Source of the DNA: Acidimicrobiia bacterium | GTDB lineage: Bacteria > Actinomycetota > Acidimicrobiia > Spongiisociales > UBA5794 | Reading direction: 5' to 3' | Assembly: GCA_036396535.1 (NCBI GenBank) | Contig: DASWKR010000083.1 | Location: forward strand, 17,492 to 81,491 | DNA length: 64,000 nt | In this document: piece after piece, positions 9,789 to 20,203 of the stretch | Layout: every line of letters starts with the position of its first letter | How positions within the stretch are numbered: position 1 is the stretch's first letter | Notes under the pieces: generated by a model | Databases searched by the model: none | What the model saw: only the letters and a program-made list of their open reading frames with translations | What the model was told of the DNA's origin: nothing | Made by a program: the position numbers and the translations under genes

Positions 9789-9963
9789 TGCGGGACTCCA
9801 GGTGAGCGACGTTTCTGGGCCACTCGACGGCCCAGTGCATTAGATCGTCGTGTTGTGGGCCGTCCTTGACCGAATCCAGCAGGAATTCTCGGGGCCGGCA
9901 AGAAGGCGGCGAGGCGCCGGGGCCGTCTTCGCGTCACGCCGCAGGGCTCTACCGTGGGTTGAC

Positions 9964-11748
9964 GTGACGGGAGGAGCGCACACGAAGACAGGGCTGGCCA
10001 GCCCTGTCGTTCGTGACGGGCTGCGTCTCCTCGGCCGGACGCTGTTGCGCTACCCGCGGCCTTCGGCGAAGTCGATCGGCGGGGCGCTGCTGTGGACCGC
10101 CTCGGTCGTCGTGATCCCTCTCCAGGTGGGAGCGGCCATCGATGCGGTCAGGGCAGGTGACTCGAGCGAGCTGCCCAGCCTGGCGGTGCTCATCGTCCTG
10201 AGCGGCGCCCTTCAGGCCGTCGGCGTCGGGGCGCGGCGCTACTTCGGGTTCCAGCTCTCCTATCGGGCCGAAGCCGACCTCCGCAACCGAATGTTCGCCC
10301 ACATCCAGCGGTTGACGTTCAGCTTCCACGATCAGACCTCCACCGGGCAGCTCATGGCGCGGGCGTCCTCCGACCTGTCCCAGGTCCGTCTGATCTTTGC
10401 GATGCTCCCGATCACGCTGGCGAACATCGTGATGTTCTTCACCGTCGTTGCGGTGCTCGTGATCATCGACCCCGTGCTCGGCGTCGCCGCAGGCCTCACG
10501 GTGCCCGCCCTCTTCGTGGCGGCGAACCGGTACGCCAGGAGGGTCATCACGCTGTCGTTCGAGGTGCAGGAGCGCCTCGCCGACCTCAGCCAGGTGGTCG
10601 AGGAGTCCGTAGCCGGGATCCAGGTCGTCAAGGCCTACGGCCAGGAGGCCCAGGAGCGAGGCAGGCTGGAGTCCGCCGCGGCGCGGATATTCGAGAAGAC
10701 GACCGCGCTGGCGAGGCAGGGTGCCGCCTTCGGGCCGCTCTTCGAGCTGATTCCGTCCGCAGGCACGGTTGCCATCCTCTGGCTCGGAGGGGTCCGGGTC
10801 GTGTCCGGGGCGGTGAGCCTCGGCGAGTTCGTGGCGTTCCTCCAGTACCTGGCTGCGCTCGTGCTACCGACGCGGATCACGGGTTGGTTCTTCGCCAACC
10901 TGCCGAGAGCGGCGGCCGCCGCCACGAGGGTCGACGAGCTGCTCTCGACGCTGCCCGAGGTTGCCGACCCGAACGATCCTCGCACCCTCGGGGTCGGTCA
11001 CGGCGAGGTCGTCTTCGAAGGCGTCGGCTTCTCGTACCCGGGCGGCGAACCGGTGCTCGCCGGGGTCGACCTGCGCATACCGGGCGGCACCTCCGTCGCA
11101 CTCGTCGGCTCGACGGGCTCCGGGAAGACCACGCTCGCCCACCTCATCCCGCGCTTCCACGACCCGACGGCGGGCACGGTGCTCATCGACGGCGTCGACA
11201 TCCGCGACGTGACCCTCGACGAGCTGCGCGGCGAGGTCGCTCTGGTCTTCCAGGAGACGTTCCTGTTCTCGGCCACGGTACGGGACAACATCGCGCTCGG
11301 AGCGATGGGGGCCAGCATCGAGGAGGTGACGACGGCCGCCAGGCTCGCCCAGGCTCACGGCTTCATCTGCGACCTCCCCGAGGGGTACGACACCGTCGTC
11401 GGGGAGCGCGGCCACAGCCTCTCGGGGGGTCAGCGGCAGCGGGTCGCCCTGGCCAGGGCGGTGCTGCGAGATCCGAGGGTGCTCATACTCGACGATGCGA
11501 CGTCATCGGTCGACGCAGTCGTCGAGGCGGAGATCCAGGAGGCGCTGCGCAAGGTGATGGACGGGAGGACCACGGTCATCATCGCCCACCGATCGTCGAC
11601 TCTCGCCCTCGTCGACCGGGTCGTGTTCCTCGAAGGCGCCAGGATCGCGGCCGTCGGGACGCACGAGGAGCTGCTCTCCGCCATCCCGAGATACGGCGAG
11701 GTGCTGGCGAGGGTGGCAGACGGGGACGGCGCCGAGGGGATGCCATGA
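9964..11748 (+). CDS. ABC exporter, fused TMD-NBD half 1 (heterodimeric)
   Basis: GSTGSGKT, LSGGQRQR, degenerate Walker B ILDD; start approximate (ORF open from 9850). Confidence 0.9.
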   Translation: MTGGAHTKTGLASPVVRDGLRLLGRTLLRYPRPSAKSIGGALLWTASVVVIPLQVGAAIDAVRAGDSSELPSLAVLIVLSGALQAVGVGARRYFGFQLSYRAEADLRNRMFAHIQRLTFSFHDQTSTGQLMARASSDLSQVRLIFAMLPITLANIVMFFTVVAVLVIIDPVLGVAAGLTVPALFVAANRYARRVITLSFEVQERLADLSQVVEESVAGIQVVKAYGQEAQERGRLESAAARIFEKTTALARQGAAFGPLFELIPSAGTVAILWLGGVRVVSGAVSLGEFVAFLQYLAALVLPTRITGWFFANLPRAAAAATRVDELLSTLPEVADPNDPRTLGVGHGEVVFEGVGFSYPGGEPVLAGVDLRIPGGTSVALVGSTGSGKTTLAHLIPRFHDPTAGTVLIDGVDIRDVTLDELRGEVALVFQETFLFSATVRDNIALGAMGASIEEVTTAARLAQAHGFICDLPEGYDTVVGERGHSLSGGQRQRVALARAVLRDPRVLILDDATSSVDAVVEAEIQEALRKVMDGRTTVIIAHRSSTLALVDRVVFLEGARIAAVGTHEELLSAIPRYGEVLARVADGDGAEGMP

Positions 11749-13520
11749 AGTACGCAAGCTACGGCGGCGACCACGACATCGTCGCACCGGGACGCCTCCT
11801 CAGGCGAGCCGCCCGGGTCGGTAGGCACCTGCTCTGGCCGGCGATGGGTGCGCTGGCAGCGACGATCCTGGCTACGGCGGCGCGTCTCCTCGGCCCACTG
11901 GCCGTTCGAGGCGGCATCGACGCAGGGATCGAGGCCGGCGACGAGCGAGCGATCGCCGTGGCGGCGCTCGTCTTCATCGCACTGCTCGCCGTCCAGTACG
12001 TCGCCCAACGGGTCTCGCAGTACGCCGTGGCGTGGGTGGGCGAGCGTTTCCTGTTCGAGCTCCGCAACCGCGTGTTCGGGCACCTGATGCGCCTCGACCT
12101 GCCGTTCTACGGGAGATCGAAGACCGGAGTGCTGGTGAGCCGCATGACGTCGGACATCGAGGCGATGACCGAGTTCGTCAACGAGGGCGCCGTGATGGCG
12201 CTCACGAACCTGTTGACGGCCGTCGGCGTCGGCGTCGCCATGCTGCTGCTCGACTGGCAGCTCGCCCTCGAGATGCTCGCCATCATCGGGGTGCTAGTGG
12301 CCGTGAGCGTCGCCTTCCAGAGGCAGGTGTCGATCGCCTACGAGCAGGTGCGTGACCGCATCGGCCGGGTTCTCGCCAGCCTCCAGGAAGGCATCACCGG
12401 CGTTCGTGTCGTCCAGGCCTTCACCCAGGAGCACGAGCAGTCGGTCAACTTCGCTCGGATCAACGAGCGGTACTTCGACGCCAACATGACGGCGGCCAAG
12501 GCGATCTCGTGGTACTTCCCGACGGTGTCGTTCCTGCGCACCGTCGGAATCGCCGCCGCCCTGTTCTTCGGAGGGCGGCGGGTCGTCGGCGGCGATCTCA
12601 GCCTCGGCTCCCTCATCGCCTTCCTGCTGTACCTCGACTGGTTCTTCCAGCCGATCATCAACCTCGCCAATGTGTACAACCTCCTCCAGGCGGCCCTGGC
12701 GGCCCTCGGCAAGCTGTTCGAGCTGCTCGACACTCGCCCGGTGGTCAACGAGCGCCAAGGGGCGTACGACCTCCCCGCAGACGTGGCAGGTCGACTGTCC
12801 TTCGAGGACGTGACGTTCGGCTACGACGGTGACCGCCCGGTGCTCCACGCCATCGACCTGGACGTCGCCCCGGGAGAGCGCCTCGCAGTGGTCGGGGAGA
12901 CGGGCGCCGGGAAGTCGACGATCGCCAAGTTGCTGTTGCGGTTCTACGACCCCACCTCGGGATCGGTCCGTGTCGACGGGCACGATCTCGCCGACCTCAC
13001 GTTCGCCTCGCGTGCCAGCAAGATCGCCCTCATCCCGCAAGACGACTTCCTGTTCAACGGGACGCTGCGCGACAACATCCGGTACGCCCGGCCGGACGCC
13101 ACCGACGGGGACATCCTCGACGTTTGCCGGGCCATGGGGATCGACGACTGGATCGGGTCCCTTCCCGAGGGGCTCGACACCGAGATCCGGGAACGTGGGA
13201 GCCGCTTCTCGGCGGGGGAGCGCCAGCTCATAGCCCTGGCGAGGGCCTTCCTCGCCGAGCCATCGGTCATCGTCCTCGACGAGGCGACGTCCAACCTCGA
13301 CCCGGAGACCGAGGCCGAGGTCGAGGGGGCACTGCGGGTGCTGCTTGCGGGGAGGACCTCGGTGGTGATCGCCCACCGGCTGCGGAGTGCCGAGCGGTCT
13401 GACAGGGTGGTCATGATCGACCGAGGCCGCCTCATCGCCGACGGCACGCACGCCGAGCTGGCGGTGAGCAGCCCCGAGTACCGGCGTCTCATCGAGGTGT
13501 GGTCGCGCGGGGTGGCGTGA
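11745..13520 (+). CDS. ABC exporter, fused TMD-NBD half 2 (heterodimeric)
   Basis: GETGAGKS, degenerate signature FSAGE, Walker B VLDE; ATGA overlap with half 1. Confidence 0.9.
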   Translation: MKYASYGGDHDIVAPGRLLRRAARVGRHLLWPAMGALAATILATAARLLGPLAVRGGIDAGIEAGDERAIAVAALVFIALLAVQYVAQRVSQYAVAWVGERFLFELRNRVFGHLMRLDLPFYGRSKTGVLVSRMTSDIEAMTEFVNEGAVMALTNLLTAVGVGVAMLLLDWQLALEMLAIIGVLVAVSVAFQRQVSIAYEQVRDRIGRVLASLQEGITGVRVVQAFTQEHEQSVNFARINERYFDANMTAAKAISWYFPTVSFLRTVGIAAALFFGGRRVVGGDLSLGSLIAFLLYLDWFFQPIINLANVYNLLQAALAALGKLFELLDTRPVVNERQGAYDLPADVAGRLSFEDVTFGYDGDRPVLHAIDLDVAPGERLAVVGETGAGKSTIAKLLLRFYDPTSGSVRVDGHDLADLTFASRASKIALIPQDDFLFNGTLRDNIRYARPDATDGDILDVCRAMGIDDWIGSLPEGLDTEIRERGSRFSAGERQLIALARAFLAEPSVIVLDEATSNLDPETEAEVEGALRVLLAGRTSVVIAHRLRSAERSDRVVMIDRGRLIADGTHAELAVSSPEYRRLIEVWSRGVA

Positions 13521-13569
13521 CCACCTTCGCCGACTCCGGCCGTCGGCGGGCCCCGTTTAGCCTGGCGAG

Positions 13570-15186
13570 ATGACAGTCACCTTCCACGGCCTCGTTGATG
13601 AGGCCTTCATCCATCTCTGGGCGCTCAGCCCCGCCTCCGCCGTCGACCTCGGCATCCACGACCACGACGGAGTCGTGCCCGACTGGAGCGAGACGGCCGT
13701 CCGGGCGAGGCTCGACGCTCTCGCCGCCGTGCGCCAGCGCCTCCTCGGGCTGGAAGGGCTGGGCGGCGACGACGCCGTGGATCGCAAACTGCTCGCCGCC
13801 GAGATCGAGAGGACGGCATTCGAGTGGGACGAGCTCCGCCAGCCCTTGCGGCTGCCGATGGAGTGGGTGTACCAGCTCGACCCCGACCTCTACATGAAAC
13901 GCGAGTTCGCCTCGGTGGACGACAGGGCGGAGATCGTCTGTGGGCTCCTCGAGCAGGCCGAGGGGTTCCTGGCTCTCGCAAGGAGAAGGCTGGACCGCGT
14001 GATCCCGGCGACGTTCTGCGATTGGGGGATCATCGCGACGACCGGCATGGCGGAGATGATCGAGGACGACGTCGCCGACGCATTCCGGGAGGCGGACGAG
14101 GAGACACGCCGTCGACTCGGGGAGGCCATCGAGTCCGCCTCCGGCGCCTTACGGGCATTTGCCGACTGGCTCGAAGCCGAGCGTCTCCCCCACGTCGACG
14201 ACTCGTTCGCCATCGGACGAGAGAACATGGAACACCTCCTCGCAACGGGAGAGCTGCTCGAGATGTCGCTCGGCGAGATGCTGGCGATGGCCGAGGCGGA
14301 CCTCGAGGCGAACATTGCCGCCTTCGTGGCGACCGCAGCCGAGATCGACCCGGGCGTGAGCCCGCGCCGGGTCTACGAGCAACGGGTCGCATCGATCCAC
14401 GCCGGGAGGGGCGAGCTCGTCTCGGTGACCGCGGCCATGCTCGAGGAGATCCGCCAGTTCCTCGTCGACAAGGACATCATCTCGATCCCGAGCGAGGTGC
14501 GGGCGAAGGTGGCCGAGACACCGAAGCACCTCCGCTGGGCCTTCGCCATGATGGACACCCCAGGTCCGTACGAGAACGTGGCAACAGATGCGTACTACCT
14601 CGTCACCCCGGACGAGCCGGCCTGGAGCGACGACGAGGCCGAGGAATGGCTGCGGACGCTCAACACGTACGCCCTCGAAGACATCTCGATCCACGAGGCG
14701 TACCCCGGTCACTACGTGCACTTTCTCCACTACCAGCACGCCCCGACCGAGGTGTCGAAGCGGCTCGCCTCCTACGCCTTCACCGAGGGGTGGGCACACT
14801 ACGCCGAGCAGATGATGTGGGAGGAGGGCTTTCGGGCGGGTGACCCACTGTTCCGCCTGGCGCAGCTGAGCGAGGCCCTAGTCCGCAACTGTCGCTTCGT
14901 GTGTGCCATCAGGCTCCACGCCCACGGGATGACGGTCGACGAAGCCACCGCCTTCTTCGTGGACCAGGCGTTCTACGAGGAGTCGGCCGCTCGCAAGGAA
15001 GCCGAGCGCGGCACGTTCGACCCCGGCTACTTCTCGTACACGCTCGGCAAGCTGCAGATCCTCAGGCTGCGCGCCGACTATCGGGAACGCATGGGAGCCG
15101 CTTTTTCGCTCAAGCAGTTCCACGATCGGATGCTGTCCCGCGGCGCCCCGCCCGTCGAGATCATGCGTGAGGTCCTCCTCGGCTGA
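13570..15186 (+). CDS. DUF885 domain-containing protein (putative metallopeptidase)
   Basis: SIHEAYPGHY, FTEGWAHYAE, YTLGKLQILRLR motifs. Confidence 0.88.
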   Translation: MTVTFHGLVDEAFIHLWALSPASAVDLGIHDHDGVVPDWSETAVRARLDALAAVRQRLLGLEGLGGDDAVDRKLLAAEIERTAFEWDELRQPLRLPMEWVYQLDPDLYMKREFASVDDRAEIVCGLLEQAEGFLALARRRLDRVIPATFCDWGIIATTGMAEMIEDDVADAFREADEETRRRLGEAIESASGALRAFADWLEAERLPHVDDSFAIGRENMEHLLATGELLEMSLGEMLAMAEADLEANIAAFVATAAEIDPGVSPRRVYEQRVASIHAGRGELVSVTAAMLEEIRQFLVDKDIISIPSEVRAKVAETPKHLRWAFAMMDTPGPYENVATDAYYLVTPDEPAWSDDEAEEWLRTLNTYALEDISIHEAYPGHYVHFLHYQHAPTEVSKRLASYAFTEGWAHYAEQMMWEEGFRAGDPLFRLAQLSEALVRNCRFVCAIRLHAHGMTVDEATAFFVDQAFYEESAARKEAERGTFDPGYFSYTLGKLQILRLRADYRERMGAAFSLKQFHDRMLSRGAPPVEIMREVLLG

Positions 15187-15219
15187 CGGTTCCGTGGCCG
15201 CTTGACGTAGGAGAAACCG

Positions 15220-15882
15220 ATGAGTCAGGCCCCGAGCCCGAGGACCGAGGTCAAGCGGCTGCCGGAGCGTGCCGTCTACGACCGCGACATCATCTACGGG
15301 ATCGTCGACGAGGCGCTGATCTGCCACGTCGGGACGATCGACGACGGCCATCCCGTCGTGATTCCGACGATCCACGCCAGGGTCGGGGACACGCTCTACC
15401 TGCATGGCTCGCCGGGCAGCAGGCTGCTGCGAGGGATGCGCCGCGGCGAGACGGTCTGCGTCACCGTCACGCTCGTCGACGCCCTCGTGGTGGCCCGGGC
15501 GGCATTCCACAACTCGATGAACTACCGCTCCGTCGTCGTTTTCGGCGAGCCCCGGATCGTGTCGGACGAGGCGGAGAAGAAGGTGGCGGTCCGGGCCGTC
15601 GTCGATCACGTCCTGCCCGGCAGGTGGGACGAGTCGCGTCCGATGACCGACAAGGAGCTGACGGCGACGCTCATCGCCGCCCTACCCCTCGCCGAGGCGT
15701 CGGCCAAGATCCGGACCGGGCCGCCCAAGGACGAGGAGGAGGACTACGCGACCCGCCATTGGGCTGGGATCATCCCCGTCACCATGGCGCCGGAGGGGCC
15801 GGTCGCCGACCCGCGGCTCGATGGCGGCATCGCCGCACCACCTTCGGTGACCGGCTACGCCAGGCCTTCGCCGGCGAGGTAG
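15220..15882 (+). CDS. Pyridoxamine 5'-phosphate oxidase-like flavin-binding protein (NimA-like)
   Basis: RAVYDRD, LYLHGSPGSR, FHNSMNYRSVVVFG, ASAKIRTGPP. Confidence 0.88.
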   Translation: MSQAPSPRTEVKRLPERAVYDRDIIYGIVDEALICHVGTIDDGHPVVIPTIHARVGDTLYLHGSPGSRLLRGMRRGETVCVTVTLVDALVVARAAFHNSMNYRSVVVFGEPRIVSDEAEKKVAVRAVVDHVLPGRWDESRPMTDKELTATLIAALPLAEASAKIRTGPPKDEEEDYATRHWAGIIPVTMAPEGPVADPRLDGGIAAPPSVTGYARPSPAR

Positions 15883-16811
15883 CGCGCCCACAGGAAGCTG
15901 CCGGTCATCAGGTCGAGGTGACCTCCGCCGCCGTTCTCGAACAGGGTGATCTGGTCATCGTCCGTGCGCCCGGCGACGCGGCCGTGGCACAGGTCGAACA
16001 GGTCGCCGACGATGTCGCCGGCGGCGATCACTCCCGTCTCGAGCGGGATGACGAGGTCGCCGCTCTCCTCGACCGCCGCCAGCCGGGAGTCGACGTAGAT
16101 CGCGGCTCTGGCGACACAGTCGTCGTCGGCCTCGCGATGGTCCGGCAGGTAGGCCCCGACCAGGTCGAGGTGCGTGCCGGCGGACAGCAGCCCACCCTTG
16201 ACGAGGGGGTCGCTGGTCATCGTCGCCGTGGAGATGATGTCGGCCGCGGCGACCGCGGCGTCGAGGTCGTCGACAACTGTTCCCCCAACCGATGCGGCGA
16301 GTCGCTCCGCTCTCTCCCGGGTGCGATTCCACACGAGCACCCGCTCGAGCGAGGGCCGCACGGCTCGATGGGCGGCGACGAGATGGGCCGCCACCCCCCC
16401 GGCTCCGACCATGAGGAGTGTTGTGCTGTCCTCACGGGAGAGGAAGCGGGAGCCGAGGGCCGAATCGCATGCGGTCTTGCGGTACGTCAGCGCCGTCCCG
16501 TCCATCGTCGCCAGCGGCGATCCGTTCCCACCGTCGAACAGCACGTACACCGCTTGAACAGAGGGGAGGCCGCCGGCCGGGTTGGCCGGGAAGACCGTCA
16601 CGAGCTTCACCCCGATGGCCTCGCCCGGCTGCCAGGCGGGCAGTCCCAGGAACACCTCGGGTGCGCCCTCGGGGGAGTACACGGTCCTGCGCACGTCGGC
16701 AGGGGGTCGAAGGTGGCCGGCGGCGAGTGCGTCGACCAGCTCGGCGTACGGCAGCAGCTCGTGCACCAGGTGTGCGGGCAGGTGCGGGAGGGTGGCGCTG
16801 GCGTCCGTCAC
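15855..16811 (-). CDS. Ornithine cyclodeaminase/mu-crystallin family protein
   Basis: GVKLVTVFPAN, LTYRKTACDSA, GAGGVA Rossmann motif, GTHLDLVGA. Confidence 0.88.
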   Translation of the reverse strand: MTDASATLPHLPAHLVHELLPYAELVDALAAGHLRPPADVRRTVYSPEGAPEVFLGLPAWQPGEAIGVKLVTVFPANPAGGLPSVQAVYVLFDGGNGSPLATMDGTALTYRKTACDSALGSRFLSREDSTTLLMVGAGGVAAHLVAAHRAVRPSLERVLVWNRTRERAERLAASVGGTVVDDLDAAVAAADIISTATMTSDPLVKGGLLSAGTHLDLVGAYLPDHREADDDCVARAAIYVDSRLAAVEESGDLVIPLETGVIAAGDIVGDLFDLCHGRVAGRTDDDQITLFENGGGGHLDLMTGSFLWARYLAGEGLA

Positions 16812-16844
16812 GGCCGGAAAGGTAGAGCAACCGGCGGCGGCCGG

Positions 16845-17639
16845 CTACCCGGCGTTCTTCTCGTCCCTCCAGGCAAGGAGGTGGGCGGCGCTCTCGATGT
16901 CGTAGCGCGGTCCGCTGAAGCCGAGGGTGAGCTCGCGTATGCCCAACGCGTAGCGGGCCTCGGCATCGGAGCGCTGCGCTTCCTCGGTCGTGTCGGTGGC
17001 CCTGATCCCGGTGGAGCGGATGATGCCGGCGGGATCGCGCCCGACCCTGGCGCACCAGTCGTCGAGGACCCCGAGCTTGTGGCTGATGGTCTCGATCGAG
17101 CCGAAGGCGTGCCACACGTCGGCGTGCTCCGCCGTGATCCTCAGGGTGACCTTCTCGCCGCCGCCTCCGATGAGGATCGGGATGCGCCGCGTCGGCGGCG
17201 GATTGAGCCTGCTCCAGCGGTCCTTGATCAGCGGGAGGGCGGCGTCGAGCTCCCGCAGCCTGCTCGGCCCCGTCCCGAACTCGTAGCCGTACTCGTCGTA
17301 GTCCTTCTCGAACCAGCCGGCGCCGATACCGAGGACGAGCCGGCCGCCGGAGATGTGGTCGACGGTGCGTGCCATGTCTGCGAGCAGCTGCGGATTCCTG
17401 TACGAGTTGCACGTCACCAGGGCGCCGATCTCGATACTCGACGTGCACTCGGCCCAGGCACCGAGCATCGTCCAGCACTCGAAGTGCTTCCCGACGGGAT
17501 CGCCCGACAGCGAGTAGAAGTGGTCCCAGTTGTATGCGGCGTCGAACCCGAGCTCGTCTGCCGTCTCCACGGCGTCCCTGATGGCGGCGTAATCGGCGTG
17601 TTGCGGTTGGATCTGGACGGCGATGCGAACGTCTGTCAT
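16845..17639 (-). CDS. LLM class F420-dependent oxidoreductase
   Basis: WDHFYSL, GALVTCNSYRNP, ARTVDHISGGRLVLGIGAGW, IGGGGEKVTL. Confidence 0.9.
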   Translation of the reverse strand: MTDVRIAVQIQPQHADYAAIRDAVETADELGFDAAYNWDHFYSLSGDPVGKHFECWTMLGAWAECTSSIEIGALVTCNSYRNPQLLADMARTVDHISGGRLVLGIGAGWFEKDYDEYGYEFGTGPSRLRELDAALPLIKDRWSRLNPPPTRRIPILIGGGGEKVTLRITAEHADVWHAFGSIETISHKLGVLDDWCARVGRDPAGIIRSTGIRATDTTEEAQRSDAEARYALGIRELTLGFSGPRYDIESAAHLLAWRDEKNAG

Positions 17640-17803
17640 CGAGGGTTCCTCTCGGTCTTCGAGGTGGGGACGCTACCCGGCGTGAGTACGGCCGCATCCC
17701 GGTGCTCCGTGTGCCGGCGTGCCGCCTCGCCCAGGGGACCCGCCGCACGTCGGATGACGAAGCGACCGGTCCGAGCGCCGGACCGTCTGATAGCGTCACG
17801 GCG

Positions 17804-19027
17804 ATGGACATCGAGGTGCGCAGCATCACTGACGGGGACGTCGAGGCGTTCCGGCGGTCGCTCATCGAGAACTTCGGCGGGGACGTCTCGGATGAGGAGG
17901 GAGCGCTCGATCGCTTCCGCGACCTCTTCGAGACCTCGCGCACGTTCGCCGCATTCGACGGAGGCGAGATCGTCGGGACGGCCGGAGCCTTCTCGATGGA
18001 GGTGGCCGTGCCGGGGGGAACGCTGCCGATGGCCGGGACGACCATCGTCAGCGTGCGCCCCACGCATCGCAGGCGCGGCATCCTTCGGGCGCTCATGCGC
18101 GGCCACCTCGACGAGGCCCGCGACCGTGGTGACCCACTCGTAGGGCTCTGGGCGTCGGAGACGCCGATCTACTCGAGGTTCGGGTTCGGGAGCGCCGCAG
18201 ACCTGCTCGACGTGTCGTTCGACTCTCGGGCCGTCGGCCTGCGAGGCGACGAGCCGACGGAGCACGTCCGCCTCGTCGGTGCCGACGATGCCCGCAAGAT
18301 GCTCCCGGACGTCTACGAGCAGCACTGGCGGGATCGTCCGGGGATGCTCGCCCGCGGCAACGTCTGGTGGGAGCATCGACACTTCCACGACCCGGAGCGC
18401 GACCGCGACGGAGCGAGCGCCCGCCGCTACGCCATCGCCTTCGAGGGTGACCGACCGACCGGATACGTGACGTACCGCCAGAAGAGCGACTGGGGCGAAG
18501 GCATCCCCAACGGCCGGCTCGAGGTGGTGGAGATGATCGGCCTCAACCCCGAGGCCCGCAGGGCGCTGTGGCACCTCGTCGGCAACGTCGACCTCTATCC
18601 GAACGTCAAGTGGTGGAACGCCCCGGTCGACTTTGCGCTGCCGTGGGAGGTGGCCAACCCTCGGGCGATCACGCGCAAGGTGTCGGACTCGTTGTGGCTC
18701 CGACTCCACGACGTGCCGGCGGCGCTGCAGGGCCGCACATACGCCGCCGACGGCCTGATCAAGATCCACGTCGTCGACCCGTTCTGTCACTGGGCGCAGG
18801 GGACCTTCAGCCTCGAGGTCGAGGACGGCGCCGGGAGCTGCACGCCGACCTCCGACCATCCGGACGTCACGCTGCCCGCCCACGCCCTGGGAGCGCTCTA
18901 TCTCGGCGGGCGCCGCGCCACGATGCTCGCCAGGGCAGGCCTCGTCGAGGGTGCCGACCGAGACGTCCTCCGCTTGGGCTCGATGTTCTCGAGCGACGTC
19001 GCCCCGTGGTGCCAGGAGATCTTCTAG
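17804..19027 (+). CDS. Eis-like GNAT N-acetyltransferase with C-terminal SCP2-like domain
   Basis: VSVRPTHRRRGIL, LWASETPIYSRFGFG, LGALYLGG. Confidence 0.88.
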   Translation: MDIEVRSITDGDVEAFRRSLIENFGGDVSDEEGALDRFRDLFETSRTFAAFDGGEIVGTAGAFSMEVAVPGGTLPMAGTTIVSVRPTHRRRGILRALMRGHLDEARDRGDPLVGLWASETPIYSRFGFGSAADLLDVSFDSRAVGLRGDEPTEHVRLVGADDARKMLPDVYEQHWRDRPGMLARGNVWWEHRHFHDPERDRDGASARRYAIAFEGDRPTGYVTYRQKSDWGEGIPNGRLEVVEMIGLNPEARRALWHLVGNVDLYPNVKWWNAPVDFALPWEVANPRAITRKVSDSLWLRLHDVPAALQGRTYAADGLIKIHVVDPFCHWAQGTFSLEVEDGAGSCTPTSDHPDVTLPAHALGALYLGGRRATMLARAGLVEGADRDVLRLGSMFSSDVAPWCQEIF

Positions 19028-19031
19028 CCCG

Positions 19032-20192
19032 GTGGACGCCAGTGTGGACTCGGGAGGGGGCACGGAGGAGGCCGGCGGGCACGCCCACCGGCCGGACCCG
19101 GCCACCGGAGGCGTCGTCCCGCCGATCCAGCCGTCGACGACGTTCGCCAGGGACTCGTCGTACGAGACGATCGGGACCCACGTGTACGCCCGCTACTCGA
19201 ACCCGGGATGGGATGCCGTCGAGGAGACCCTGCGGACGCTCGACGGAGGGGCCGACGCCCTTGTGTTCGCATCGGGGATGGCTGCGGTCGTGGCCTTCTT
19301 CGAGACGGTCAGGGCGGGTGACCACGTCGTGGCTCCCAGCGTCATGTACCACGGCGCCCAGGACTGGCTGCGCCGGCTCGTCGAGACGCGTCGCATCGAC
19401 CTGACACTCTTCGACGCGGCGCTCCCCGACGGTCTGGCGCGGGAGGTCCGCCCCGGCCGGACCGCCATCGTCTGGATCGAGTCGCCCGTGAACCCCACCT
19501 GGGACGTCGTCGACATAGCCTCGGCAGCGGAGGTCGCCCACGCGGCCGGGGCGGTGCTCGCAGTCGACAGCACGGTGGCGCCGCCGGTGACCACCCGGCC
19601 GCTCGACCTCGGCGCCGACTTCGTGTTCCACTCGGCGACGAAGTACCTCAACGGCCATTCCGACGTGCTCGCCGGCGTCCTCGTGGCGGCGGGCGACGAC
19701 GACAGGTGGACCGAGGTGCGCCAGGTGCGGGGACTGCTCGGCGCCGCCCTCGGGCCTTTCGAGGCCTGGCTGCTGCAGCGGGGCCTGCGGACCCTCGGGG
19801 TCCGCTTCGAGCGATGTTCGAACACCGCCATGGCTGTCGCAGATCGGCTCTCGAGTCATCCGATGGTGGAGGCCGTCCTCTATCCCGGCCTGGCGAGCCA
19901 CCCCGGACACGAGATCGCCGCCCGCCAGATGACGGGCGGCTTCGGCGGCATGCTCTCGATCCTGGTGCGGGGCGGCTCGGCGGCGGCACGCCTGGTGGCC
20001 ACGAGCACCAGGGTGTTCGTGCCGGCGACGTCGCTCGGCGGCGTCGAGAGCCTCATCGAGCACCGCAGGGCGGTGGAGGGTCCCCACAGCCTCGTCCCGG
20101 ACAACCTGCTCCGCCTCTCGATCGGCGTCGAGCCGGCAGCCGACCTCATCGCCGACCTCGAGCAGGCGCTCGGTCGGCTCGCAGCCAGCTAG
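19032..20192 (+). CDS. PLP-dependent trans-sulfuration enzyme (cystathionine gamma-synthase/lyase family)
   Basis: YARYSNP, FASGMAA, IESPVNP, SATKYLNGHSD (PLP Lys), SLGGVESL. Confidence 0.9.
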   Translation: MDASVDSGGGTEEAGGHAHRPDPATGGVVPPIQPSTTFARDSSYETIGTHVYARYSNPGWDAVEETLRTLDGGADALVFASGMAAVVAFFETVRAGDHVVAPSVMYHGAQDWLRRLVETRRIDLTLFDAALPDGLAREVRPGRTAIVWIESPVNPTWDVVDIASAAEVAHAAGAVLAVDSTVAPPVTTRPLDLGADFVFHSATKYLNGHSDVLAGVLVAAGDDDRWTEVRQVRGLLGAALGPFEAWLLQRGLRTLGVRFERCSNTAMAVADRLSSHPMVEAVLYPGLASHPGHEIAARQMTGGFGGMLSILVRGGSAAARLVATSTRVFVPATSLGGVESLIEHRRAVEGPHSLVPDNLLRLSIGVEPAADLIADLEQALGRLAAS

Positions 20193-20203
20193 CTTTGGCG
20201 GCC

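Noticed and set aside
9850-13520. Degenerate motifs (ILDD, FSAGE) as signs of pseudogenisation
   Set aside because: One consensus and one degenerate ATP site is the normal pattern for heterodimeric type IV ABC exporters.
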